Shown here: positions 46,247-58,912 of the stretch, piece by piece
Layout: every line of letters begins with the position of its first letter
Numbering within the stretch: position 1 is the stretch's first letter
Assembly (NCBI GenBank): GCA_021613535.1
Contig: CP075492.1
Coordinates: 6,510,001 to 6,574,000 of the forward strand
Direction of reading: 5' to 3'
DNA: 64,000 nucleotides
Source of the DNA: Adineta vaga
Taxonomy: Eukaryota > Animalia > Rotifera
Translations under genes and position numbers: made by a program
Notes under the pieces: model-generated
The model's input: the letters and a program-made list of their open reading frames with translations, nothing else
What the model was told of the DNA's origin: nothing
The model's database searches: none

Positions 46247-46941
46247 ATGTAAGTCTACTAATTTAATTCAAGGTCAATTTTTTTACGATTTTTCTTATAT
46301 TTAGGGAAAAACTATTAGGAAAATTACTCAATCGAGTATTACCTCAGGATCATAATCATGAAAGAAAAATTGTTCGAAAAGCTCGACATCGATATGAACG
46401 TCCATCTGTACTTCAGAATAGTATTAATTTAAAACCACATAGACATCAAATCGATTCACCACGAGCGATGTATACAAAAGTTCTTAATGATTTATTACAA
46501 ACACATAATTATTATCGTGCACTTCATACCGCTCCACCATTGGTCGTTAGTCAACGATTAAATCTGATCGCACAAAAATATGCTGAACATCTCGCTGCAA
46601 CATTAAAATTTGAACATAGTGGAAATAAACTTGGTGATGAATCAATAGGAGAAAATCTTTTTATGCAATGGATATCTGAAGGTAAAGTTCCTGTTAGTGG
46701 ACGAGAAGCAGCAAAAAATTGGTATAATGAAATTCAATTATATAATTTTAAATATCCGAAATATTCGGAAGCTACGGGACATTTTACCCAAATGGTCTGG
46801 CAATCAACGCAGAAGATGGGTGTTGGAGTCGCTTTATCAAATGATGGACGAGAAGTTTATATTGTAACGAATTATTATCCACCAGGGAATATTATTAATC
46901 AAGGATATTTTGAAAGAAACGTTCTACCAATAAAATATTGA
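46247..46941 (+). CDS. CAP/SCP superfamily protein, GAPR-1 (GLIPR2)-like
   Basis: HNYYRALH..PL, AQKYAEHLA, FEHS, GENL, WYNEIQLYNF, GHFTQMVW and NYYPPGN. No signal peptide or Cys-rich tail. The frame is open from the acceptor at 46304; the start is either a split AT|G (46247-48 + 46305) or the ATG at 46468. Confidence 0.9.
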
Positions 46942-47411
46942 TAAGCAACAAAAAAATCATTTTAATGTCAACACGTATGCAATTGTTCTATCATCGGTTA
47001 AACTCGTAATACACAATAAAGAGACTTTAAAATTGTATTCAATCGATGATTAGATATGTATGTACGTAGTAAACTATGTATGCTAGAAACGTTTTTTTTC
47101 TACTCTAGCAAAAAAAATGGATAGATCGAAGTGATGATACGGACGTAAATATTATTACGTACTATTTCTTTCTACGACATAGATACTAAACTGTAAATAA
47201 ATGAATGAAAAGCGTATTCATACCGTCGAACATACATACACATAAAAATTACATAGATATTTTTGACTGATAATAAATTGACAGAAATATTTCTGTAATT
47301 TGTATAATTACATAAAGAGTCATTAAAAAAAAGGTGTAATCGATAAATTATGTCAGAGTCATGACTATTTCCTTTTTACTTCTTCGTAGTTTACTAAAAT
47401 ATATCTCAAGG

Positions 47412-48461
47412 CTATTCACGGTCACTTTGTATAATTCTATTACAATATTTTTCTGTGAATAATTGTGGAATGTATTTTGTTAAGAAGTAATGATCATCAT
47501 ACAGCGAAATATTGGAATGAAGACTTGTTGCCAGTGTCAAAGGTATACTCTTTTTACCGATAAATCTTTGTCTTTGTTTTGACTTTCGATGATGTTGTTT
47601 TATTGAAGAACGAGAATTATCAGTCAAAACTGGTCGATTAGCACTATTTGCTGTAGATAAGGATGGTTTCGGTAGCGTTGAGTTTGTATCGAGTTTAATT
47701 TGATTATCTGAAATATCTGTGTGAAGAGGAGTTGATATAAATGTTTGTCTGGAATATTGAAATTCAGTTGGCAACAATAATGTTTGATTTTCTCGATTCA
47801 TAAATATCAATGGTTCATTCAAACGACGATGTAATGTATCATTGATTTCTGATTGTTTGAAATCAATATTGATCGTCTGTATGTCAATCTCTGTTTGACA
47901 ATAAGTTGAATGAACAGGTATTAACACAATCTGCTTATCAATCGTTAAATTATTATTCTCTTGTGATACAGTAGAATTGGACATCGATCGATTATACGCA
48001 TCTAGTGATGACAAATACCGTTCGATTAACCCATGATATGTTCGTTTTCTATGACTCAATGGATGATTATTACTTATAGATTTGTTGAAAGATCGCATCT
48101 TTTGACAATTTGCATTTCTTCTTCTATCTTGTAATTCTTGTTTGACATAGATTAAAATTTGCCAAAATGATTTGAAGAACAATTCATAAATCATTTGTAT
48201 ACACCATGAAGAACTTTCATAAATAATAATCAAAGCATAGATTAAACAATCATCATCATAGTTTAAACTATAGATTCAAAAAACTCGTCGTATTATTTCT
48301 AATCAAAATCGATGAAAGATAGAAACATACGAATGGGATTTAATTCCATTTTGATAAAGAAATGAATCATATGAACAAGTACATGTTGAGCAGGAACATG
48401 TTTGTTTGATACTCATTTGTGATATGGCAAGATTGGATACATCAGTTAATGATGCTGACAT
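47412..48461 (-). CDS. Uncharacterised protein (~325 aa, 2 exons)
   Basis: ATG at 48461 (MSASLTDVSNLAISQMSIKQTCSCSTCTCSY). A short GT-AG intron joins it in frame to the 273-aa ORF. No family recognised. Confidence 0.65.
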
Positions 48462-48962
48462 TAAAACAAATTGTTTTCTTGTATTCGCGCTTAAATCAAA
48501 TTAGAAATCATGAAACAACAGTTCTTTTTCGAAATGAATATTTGTTTTTTATATTATATGATTAATATATGTATGGTTTTGAAAATAATCGACAGATGAC
48601 ACTTGCATCGTATCAGTCTTGAGGATACGAGTTTTGTGTATGAAATCCATTAGATATCATTTCGAACACATTTAGCAATCATAATTAACATAAATAATCT
48701 TTTACGTTACCTGAATACTACTAGTTAAAACCAATTTGCATTCAATTTTTATCTGACTTATCAAGTGCTGAAACAGTCGTATAGTTAGTTCTTGACAAGC
48801 TATATACCAATCAGGATAAGTGCATAATAATTCAACATTATTTTTACATAAGTTAAAGTTCTTGTATACTTCGAGTATTATATAGCACCGAAACTCTTTT
48901 GCATACTATGAAGTAAGAACGAGATAAACATATTTAGAAGTTAATAATTGAAATTGTTACTA

Positions 48963-51900
48963 TTATTTCTTCGAATAAATCCATTTGACATAGGACAATT
49001 TCTGAAAAGCTTGTTTATAAATAGTTGATGAATAAATAAAGAATGGGAAAAAGGTCACTTGAGGAATATATGAAAACAAATAACTTGCTATAATTATATG
49101 TCGAAGCCAGATTTGATTCCATTGATCACAAGTAACTACGAAACCAATAATAAGATGTGGTAATGATGAAAAAATCATTAAAAAATGAACAAGTACATTG
49201 TTGATGAAATTTTTTCATTTGTTTAGAAATTGAAATGAATATATTTTCTTTTTGAACAGTTGATTTACTTTTTGATCCTAGATAAATAAGTTTAACAATT
49301 GAATACGTATTCAAACAGAATGGACTAATATGATGAATAAAATCAAATATCGTATCAATTTGACTCCATGAACTAAATGATTCACTAATACATTGAAATG
49401 ATTTCATTTCAAGAGTTAATAATCGATGAACGAATATTTCTGTTATTGTACTGATTGATACGATGATCATACATATGATATACATTAATATCTAGGAAAA
49501 ATATCACAATTCTTACGAATGACAAGGAAATACTCAATACCTTTCGTTTAGTTTGAAGATGTTGATTTGTTTTTGTTGCAAATCGAGTTATTTGTTCATA
49601 ACGGCTAATATTAATCAATGCAGTTGACCATTTACTAATAAATGTAAATGTTTTCATTGTATAAGGAATAGATTTGCATAAAATGTAATTAAATAAAATC
49701 TTTTGTATTTGATTTGAATCATTCAAACGTATATATATGATTTGTACAAGTAGACTAAGCAACGTCATTTGATTCCAAAAACATGTTAATATGAGAAACC
49801 AAACAATGAATGTACGAGTTATTGTTGAATGTAAAAGAGTTAATATTGAACAAACATTACTTAATAAACCAATAATAAACATGAGAATCGACATAATAAG
49901 ATAAATTATTTTCGATATATCAGAAATATTTTCTATCATTGAAGGAAACAGAGAAAGAAATATAGTTAAATATCAAACGATTTAGAAAAATTACCGAGAT
50001 TATTTCCTTCATTCATTCGATCATCAGAAATTACTAATGTTTCAAGTGTATAACCAAATTGTGCTGTTCGATGTTGACATAACGATCCATAATAACATGA
50101 ACGACATTGACATAAATAATCATAACGATTTTCATATCGATTACCATACAGACATAGTCCATCATTCAAACCTAAAACGAAAGAATTTCATTTGAAAATG
50201 AAAATATCTTTAAAGTGAATTATTATTAACAAAATTGACATTGATCATATTGAAAATCATATTTTTAACATGATGCAAATCGTTGTTTTGTATTACAAAT
50301 ACATATATATGTTTGTTCATCATAAAAACATGAAACATTCGTATTTCGACATGCTTGATGATATCGTTTCAGAATTTGTACGAGAAATATTTCTGAATGA
50401 TAATCATCCTTATTTAATAAAACTAAATGATCAAATTCACGAGCATGTTGATATCTTTCGAATGTTTGCCATATTTGTCGTATGAGATAAATAGATGAAT
50501 TTCTATGTGTACAATATATTTTTAAGAAGACTAAAGTATTTGCATTCGGATGAGAATAAAAATACATCGAACTAGTTGTTGCATTTAACGTCATAACAAT
50601 ATATTGATGTAGAATAGTTAATTTATTTGAATCACTACGTTGTTGAATTATTTGTAGAATCATTGCTCTTGGATGAAGTAATGAAGTAGGTAATGTAATT
50701 TGTATTGATGAAGTTTTCTCAGTACATCTGTTATAAATAGAAAATAGAAAAGATTTATTCTTCGGTTTTCTTTAGTGATTATATTCACAGTACCGTTTAC
50801 CAGAAAAATACATTGAACACCAACAAAATATCTCGTCATATTCATTTCCATAACTATACACTAAAATCGAACATTTAGTTCCATTATTTTTACAATCATT
50901 CGTGCCTAAATCTTGTATCCATGAAAGATGACAAGTACGACCAAATTGATTACTAGGACAAATACATGGAAAATCGTCATATCGATCAATTCCATTGTAA
51001 AATATCGGTAGAAACAAACTATTTTCAGCACAAGTTATATTAGGAAAATATTCGCTACATTGTAATCCATACCAACCGACTTGACATTCACAATAAAACC
51101 TTGTTTTATTAATTAAATGACAATTTCGATTATGATATCCACAAAATTGTATCATGTTCATTGTACATGTCAATGAACGTTTCGGATAAATGATAATTGC
51201 CAGACGATAAATTGGTAAATATGGATATTTTATTGGATATTCATGCACACTGAATAGTTCAACTGTATTTCTAGCTAGTATAGATTTGAAACATAATTGT
51301 ATAATCATTTGCTGATGCTTGATGAATTATTTGAAGTAATGGCCATGGGTAATTAAGATAAAATCGTTGTTTTCTTTTCAATGGTAATTGTGTAAAATTA
51401 AATGCTAATATCATATGATCAATTGTTTTATGTTGATATTGAAGAAGGGTTAATACTCGAATATGACTGAAATTAGTTTTGGATGGATCAAGAGTCATTT
51501 CAAGTGTATAAATAACCGTTATACGGTGAGATTGATATTGACATCGATCACCATATAAACTCGGTGGACATAAGCAAATAATTTGTGCATTTGCATTTCG
51601 AATGGATCGTTCAATTGCTATTCCACGATCACACCACCATACATATTCTGGATGATCAGGAATTTCATACACATCGTTAGTTGGTTCCTTATCAAAGTTT
51701 TTTATGCTTTTTTTATATCTCAAATATTTATAACGATTTGTCGTTGACGAATGACATGATTGCTCATCAGAACCGTACCTAAGACATTCCTTTCGATTAT
51801 CACATCGATTTTCACCTCCTAAACATTGTCGATTTTGAAATGATCTATTCAATTTTTGATATAATCCACAATCAAACGTTCCTGTTTTACAAGAACGTTT

Positions 51901-54366
51901 CGTAAATGGGTTTTCTGGATGAAAACAATATGCACCAACTTCATCTTCACCATCTAAACAATGTTGAATACCATCACCTATCGAAATGAGACGAGCAAAA
52001 GAAAAAGAAGAGTTTTACACTATTTTTCAAAGCAAAACTTACAAGTCAATTGCTGTTCAATACAAGTACCATTTCGGCAACGAAATCGATCCCTAATTTG
52101 AAACCCATCATCACAGGTTAAAGTATTTCGCTCATCTTGTCCGCCTAAACAATCCATTTTTCCATCTTCAATTAAATTTGTTCTGAGACTAAGATCAATT
52201 AATTTCCATGTTGTGACATTTTGACATGGCCATCGAAATACTTTGTTATCGCGACAAAATATTTCATCACGTCCATCGGGATAATGCCATTCACCATCAC
52301 ATTGACTACTTGGTGGCACACAATTACCTTTCCATAACGATGTATCTGACCCATTATATTGCGACCATTCTGATGCTATCCATTCTGATAAAGAGCAATT
52401 CATTTCATCAATACCATAGGACATATCCCAAAATGAATTACATATATCTTCAAATTGTATTCCAGTTTCTTTTTGAATTAGATCAATATCATTTCCTTGT
52501 TTCAATAATTGACAACCAACATCATTTGCTTGTTGACATCGAATGGATTTTCAATCGATTCGTTGATAATATTCATCTGAACCATCGGAACATTCAGCTT
52601 GTCCATTACCTAAAATATTACGACTATTATTTAATCTTAAGAAAACAAACTTCTATTTACCTAGATGAGAAAACATGACTTGTTCTGTAACGGTTTGACA
52701 TCGATATCGATCTTGTAAAAACATTTTATCAATAGATTTCACATCATTTTTTAGATTTTCATCCGATCCATCGAAACAATCTGAATATCCATCTAATAGT
52801 CGATATTTGGAAATACATTCCAAAGACTTCGAACATTGATACAAATATTGAGGATATTTATGACATCGATCTTGTTTTAATTTAATATGAAATAAACTAT
52901 CGAAAGGCATTGTTCTATATTGAAAAATATGATCCGATGTTAAACATTGATGCGTATGATTTTCCATACAAAATAAATCGAAAGATAATGAATTGAAAGT
53001 TCTTTTTGATTGAAGAAATTCATCAATTTGTTTACGAGTTATGTATGCATTTATGAAAGGAGAAAAGAAAGATGAATGTGAATAGAAAGGTAAAGATTGA
53101 TTCGTGTTTTTACATTCAACTGATACATCAGATTTCATAGTAGATAGTGTATAATAACCATGATCCTCAATTGCAATATATTGACGAATTAAATCAGCAC
53201 ATGGTAGATGATCTTCCGATGTCATGAATGCTTGACAAGATCCATCAATTATTGAAGTTTTCTTGCTGACTTTTTTTTCACACATATAAAATGCATCATT
53301 CCAATTCGTACATTTATACAGTGATTGAAAACGATCGATCCATTCTATGCATTGACCATCACCACATGAGAATGTTCCTGGTGTACATATATGTTCTTCA
53401 CAATCAATGACTGGAAATCGATAACAAATTTGTTCATTTAATTTCGATTGTTCATCGCTACCATCCAAACAATCAAATTGACCATCAAGAAAATATTCTC
53501 GTGGAATACATAAACCGTTTCGACAACGAAATTCCATTTGATCATTACATTGATTCATTTCAATACTTAAACATTGATTTTCATCATCACCATTGACGCA
53601 ATCGATTTTACCATCACAAATATCACGCCAATCAAGACATCTCTTTCGATTGAGATGATCACGACATGAAGACAAAAGATTATAACATGATATCGGACGA
53701 TTTTCCGGTAATATCCGTTTACGTGCTTCCATATTTTGACGAATTAAATCATCTAAATACATCTCACGATCTAAATCATCATATGGCAGCTTATATTCAC
53801 AGAATTGTCCAAAACGTTTATAGTCATCGTCACAAATACATATAAACATTTGATGATTATATGTGAATAATTTTGTTCGATTTTTTCGATACGCAATATA
53901 TTGATAATATGCATCTATTAAATCATATGGAATATGAAAATCAATTAACCATATTAGATCGCGACCTATGAAATATAAACAAAGATAATAAATGAACATT
54001 AAATACTGATATACTAATTCTTTCTAACATAGATAAATCAAAATAAGATAATGTCTTTGTATACCTGCTTCATACAATGCTTCGAATGTGATCTTTTTTG
54101 TACTAAATCGGGAACAATCTTTTCGCTTTTCAATTATTTGTTGATCATTAGGCATTCTAACACAAAGACGTAAATAATCATCAGTGTCATGTGCCATATA
54201 CTTGTGATATTTGATCGACCTTGTTGGTATGAAGAAACAATCACGATAGATTGCATTCGATCCACGATCAAGTAGAAACTCGATGTGTTCCGGTGTTATT
54301 GAATTTTCTTGTTGTAACAATTGTACTTATATTAAAACATAGAAAACAATAAATTAATATATTCAT
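48963..54366 (-). pseudogene. Large LDL-receptor class A/EGF ectodomain plus class A 7TM receptor; disrupted
   Basis: LDLa repeats (CLDWRDICDGKIDCVNGDDE, FRCRNGLCIPREYFLDGQFDCLDGSDE), EGF repeats (CLCPPSLYGDRCQ, CQCRSCYYGSLCQ) and a 7TM region. In-frame stops at 52551-53 (TGA) and 50265-67 (TAA); frameshifts near 54325, 51280 and 49180. Confidence 0.82.
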
Positions 54367-56098
54367 TATTACATTGTACAAAACGAAAAACAAATCTAAT
54401 AGTGTGATTATGATCATCACTACATAGTTCGATAATCTATGCTAATTTACCTAGTAAATTGTTGTTTGTGATGATACTAATGATTAAAATCTTGAAATAA
54501 TTCATTAGGAATATCGATTTGAATACTTATTTAATAAACACATTGGATATAATCCTAATTTTGATTCGAAGAAGAATCTGTCATTTCATATGAATAGATA
54601 AAGTATAAATGTGATAAAAATGTATCTTTATATTGCAATATGTCATAAATGATATATAAAATATTTGACTTGTTCACAGAGAATCCTGTTTGGATTAATG
54701 TTCATATTTGAATAATCTCATTTGTCAATTTTTATTTTAATCAAGATAGCATAGGGATATTTTTAAGCACAGAAATGAAGGTTCAAATTTACACCAATCA
54801 ATCATTATCAAAATTTTGTAGATATATTTGCTGTTGAGATTATTTATCGTTTCAACAATGTATATAAGATATGAAAATTAAGAAAGTATAATCGCCAGTA
54901 GTTATACGAAGGTTTCTATTTCAATTAAACTAGTGTTCATTTTGTTGAAATGGGGTTTCAATGGTACTTCCCTTCATGACATATAGCGTCACTACATTGT
55001 TTATAGATTTCTCAAAGATTTCATTATGCTTTTTATACTATGTATTACACGTGCAATAAGAAGGATCTTAGTAACTGACTCACCGTTTCAAAATTATCCG
55101 ATAAATGAAAATCGAGCTTGAAACTTCAATATTGTGATATCATTTGATGTCGATGTATCTGGTGAAGATAAACATCAAACATTGGATTTTATGCGTACAT
55201 GAAATCGTATAATCTAACGGCATCGTGTTTGTATGTTAATCATTACATGAAAAGGTTAAGAATGATTTCAAAGGTGATCTGAAAAGAATAATTGATGATT
55301 GGAGATGATTTCCTTCTTTCAAATTTATTATTCATTGAATTTAATGAATAAATTCTTAATCATATTCTTTTCGATACCTATAAGAAATATGAACTTTGAA
55401 ACCGAATTTGACGTATTAATCATAAAAGCATATTTACCGAAGGAATGATCCGACATCATTCTCTTCGTTATTCATCGAAAATTATTTATTCAAAAGCACA
55501 TATGTGTATATTTTCCTTCTTCTATTGTCCGTAAAAGGCATATAATCCAACTGAATAATGACAGAGACTAATGCAAATCTGTTGTTGTTGTTGTTGTTGG
55601 TTTCTGATAAATCAAACAGGACAGAAAAAGAAGACAGCAGATTTTTCTCTCCAGATAACAACAATTATTTCTTTCTTTTTCATTTCAATGTCATATATAG
55701 GAATATTAGTATACCCTACGTAATTGCTATCGATGATATTTAAATCAGTAGAAACAGAAAGGTCGATCTTGTACTCAATTGTTTATCGTAAAGTAAGCAG
55801 TTCAATATGTATGATAATGTTACCAACTGTTCAGTATTAATCTAAAGTGATTGTATTGTCTTGATTTTCGTATAACAAATAAATAAGAATCAATTTCATA
55901 TGTAGAATATTAAGTAAAGAAAAAGAAAATCAAATACAAACAGGTTTAAAAATGAAAGCATAGTTGATCTGGCTAAAATGGTGTTCTTATTTGAAAACGA
56001 GTGAATAAAATAATAACAGAAAAAAATGATTGGTTTTTCTTGTTTATACATGAGAAATAATGGACAAACTGATCATTAAATCTTGATTGAATTTACAT

Positions 56099-56628
56099 TT
56101 ATTCATCATGACGATTTGCACCTGGTGGTGGAGCATAATTTGGTTTATTTGTCATTTCTGAACCACTTTTGTTTCCTAAATGTTCACCAGTATCCATACC
56201 TAATGTACCAGCACCTTGACCGAAACCATAACCTTTTGGTCTAGAGAAAACAAAACGAACATTATTCATTTCAGTCGAAAAGTAACCTTATAAATACAAA
56301 CCCAAATTTACGTCCGTAACATTGTTTACAATAAACATTGCCTTCATGTTCAGTCATTGTCATAGCTTCTAACATTTTCTTGCAAAGACCTATTTTTGAG
56401 ATTGAATAAAAACGTTTTAGAAAGAAGAAGAAAAAATCATGAAATTTTTATTTTCATACCACATTTAAAACACATTTTATGCCATTTTTTACCGGCAGCT
56501 GGAACTTCTTCGGCAGCATAGACATTTTGATTGCATTTTGGACCTGAGAAAATTTGAAGCGATAAGAAAGATCTTCTGAAAATTCTTTTCAACTTACATT
56601 TGACTACTTCAGGTGGTTTGAATGGCAT
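56099..56628 (-). CDS. Single-LIM cysteine-rich protein (CRP/muscle LIM protein-like), copy 1; 4 exons
   Basis: [81 protein letters not shown]: a LIM domain plus the CRP glycine-rich repeat. Confidence 0.93.
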
Positions 56629-56836
56629 GATAAAGAGAATAAATTAGGAATAGAAAGAAACAAATCTGATCTAAAATTAAACTAAACTCTATACAATAAA
56701 TGATTAGAATCTTCATCACACTCATCTTGAATAATAATATTTAAAAAACAAAATGTTTCTTTTTCTTCCATTTTAAAATAAAAATTAAAAAAAAAAGTTG
56801 AATAAAATAAAACGAAAAGTAAAATATAGATATAAT

Positions 56837-57597
56837 TTATTCATTGTGGCCAGCACCCGGAGGTGGAGCATAGTTTGGTTTATTTCTAATATTAAAATAA
56901 TTATAGATATCAAAAGATATTCGAACAAAATTAAACTTACGTCATTTCAGAACCAGATTTATTACCAAGATGTTCACCGGTATCCATACCAAGAGTACCA
57001 GCTCCGCCACCGAAACCGACACCTTTAGGACCCTGAACAAAATCAAATCGTTTATTTAGCAAGAAATGAATTACTCTCCATCATTATACTTACAAATTTA
57101 CGAGCATAACATTGTTTGCAGAATAAATTGCCGTCATGTTCAGCAAGTGTTGTTGATTCGAGCATTTTTTTACAAAGACCTAGAATGAGATCAAAGACGT
57201 GAAGTGATAATCATCTATTAACAAGAAATTAGCAGAGAGTGAGGAAGGAAAAGATAGTGCAAACAAATAACACCTTACCACATTTGAAGCATGTTTTATG
57301 CCATTTTTTACCTGCCGCTGGCACTTCTTCGGCAGCATAAACAGGCTGATTACATTTTGGACACCGTACAATTTGAATAGAAAATGGCATCTGAAAAAGC
57401 ATAACATAAGCAGGTACATGCGAACAATCAGTGAAGATGATTTATATGAGATGATAAGCTCGATGCGTTTGTGATTATCTACCGCATTTAAAACACATTT
57501 TGTGAAATTTCTTTCCAGCTGCTGGAACTTCTTCAGCAGCATAAACATTCTGATTGCATTTTGGACATTTAGCTGCTTCAGGTGGTTTGAATGGCAT
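56837..57597 (-). CDS. Single-LIM cysteine-rich protein (CRP/MLP-like), copy 2, with two alternative first coding exons (57597-57483 and 57390-57279)
   Basis: Exon [39 protein letters not shown] or exon [38 protein letters not shown], followed by shared [43 protein letters not shown]...[15 protein letters not shown]. Confidence 0.92.
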
Positions 57598-58089
57598 TTT
57601 TTTCTGTCAATGTGAAATCAACAAATAAACTCATTATCATTTCATTCTCACTTTCGATGTACTTACATAATAAAAAGATGAAAACTCTTCTGCTGATTGA
57701 TAAAAACTTTTCTTTGCTCTAAAAAGGATGATTAAGAGATAACATAATTATTCTCCTTGGGTTTTCTCTTTCTATTGCGTATTTACTAAAGAAAAATAAA
57801 AAGTCTAGTCAATACTATACACAACATTTCTGAGTAAGAAATGATTGTTTCCAGCATTAGCAGACTGACGTCAAAATGCAAGATATTGTAGACAGAATCC
57901 TGAGAAGTAAATATATGTATGAAAGAAATAGAAGGAAAAAGGGGAATGGAATAGAGCAAATGATATCATCACTACTAATATACAGTTTTCTCCACAGGAG
58001 GAAAAGAGGAAGAGAGCAAAAGAGAAATAACATACAAGGGGAGGGAGGAAGAGAGAGAGCGAACATTTGAGACGGATTGGTATTTATGT

Positions 58090-58176
58090 GTATATATACA
58101 GAGTAATATCAACAGAAGGAAGGAATAATGCGTTGGCGAGATGAAACCCTAACCCAAATGTTCCTCCCAAATTTGG
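58090..58176 (-). promoter_or_regulatory. Putative promoter of the MLP locus: TATA-like element (58090-58099) and perfect CArG box CCAAATTTGG (58167-58176)
   Basis: CC(A/T)6GG consensus match ~70 bp upstream of GTATATATAC, upstream of a muscle-type LIM gene. Confidence 0.5.
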
Positions 58177-58912
58177 TATCCTAACCTGATCCCACGACAG
58201 ATATAACTCTCTCTCTCTTTCTCTTTCTGTTCTTTTCAAGTTATCAACTAGACGTGCTTCTTAATATTGCATACTTCTCCTTCCTGATTTATTCCTTCTT
58301 TTCCCTTCTCGTCTATTCATTTCTTACCAATGACATTGCAGTTATCAATCACGTCTCACAATAGAATGGAACTATATACATCAAACATTACTTATAATAT
58401 CAATTCTTTTCTTCGACCAATGTATTTAAGAATGATTTTTTCTCATCAGCTGATCTGTAATATCTTTCTGATTATTCAAAATCATGTTTGAGTGAAAGAA
58501 CAAACTTCTTGATAAATATCTAAGCAAAAGTTGTTGAATATCATCAACCGTCTGTTGACAAAGATAGACAGATATTAGATTATTTTCTGTTCTAATCAAT
58601 CATAGAAATCATTTACAGTTCTTTTTTTTCTCCTTGGTACAATAACATTTCCATTAGCAATCATCAAAGACAAAAGTATGAAATTCAATAGAAATATTTC
58701 ATCAATCGTAGGAAGTTTGATTAGAGTATGAAAATATTTACATTGTACATTCTTTTGATTAAAATAAATATATAATCAGAAAATGTTCAAATTCTATCAT
58801 ATAATCTTTAGAAGTTTATTTACATCAATATGACCTATTTGATTCAAATGAGAATGAAAAGAAAAACATGAAACAAGATGTTTCTATTCTTCTTTATATT
58901 AATTCAATACAA

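Noticed and set aside
52551-52553. TGA at a likely Trp position suggesting a variant genetic code or selenocysteine
   Set aside because: TGA ends several intact genes here, Trp is encoded by TGG elsewhere, and the same gene has a TAA and frameshifts.
58145-58195. aaccctaaccc / cctaacc telomere-like motifs
   Set aside because: Only one or two units and no array; more likely promoter sequence.
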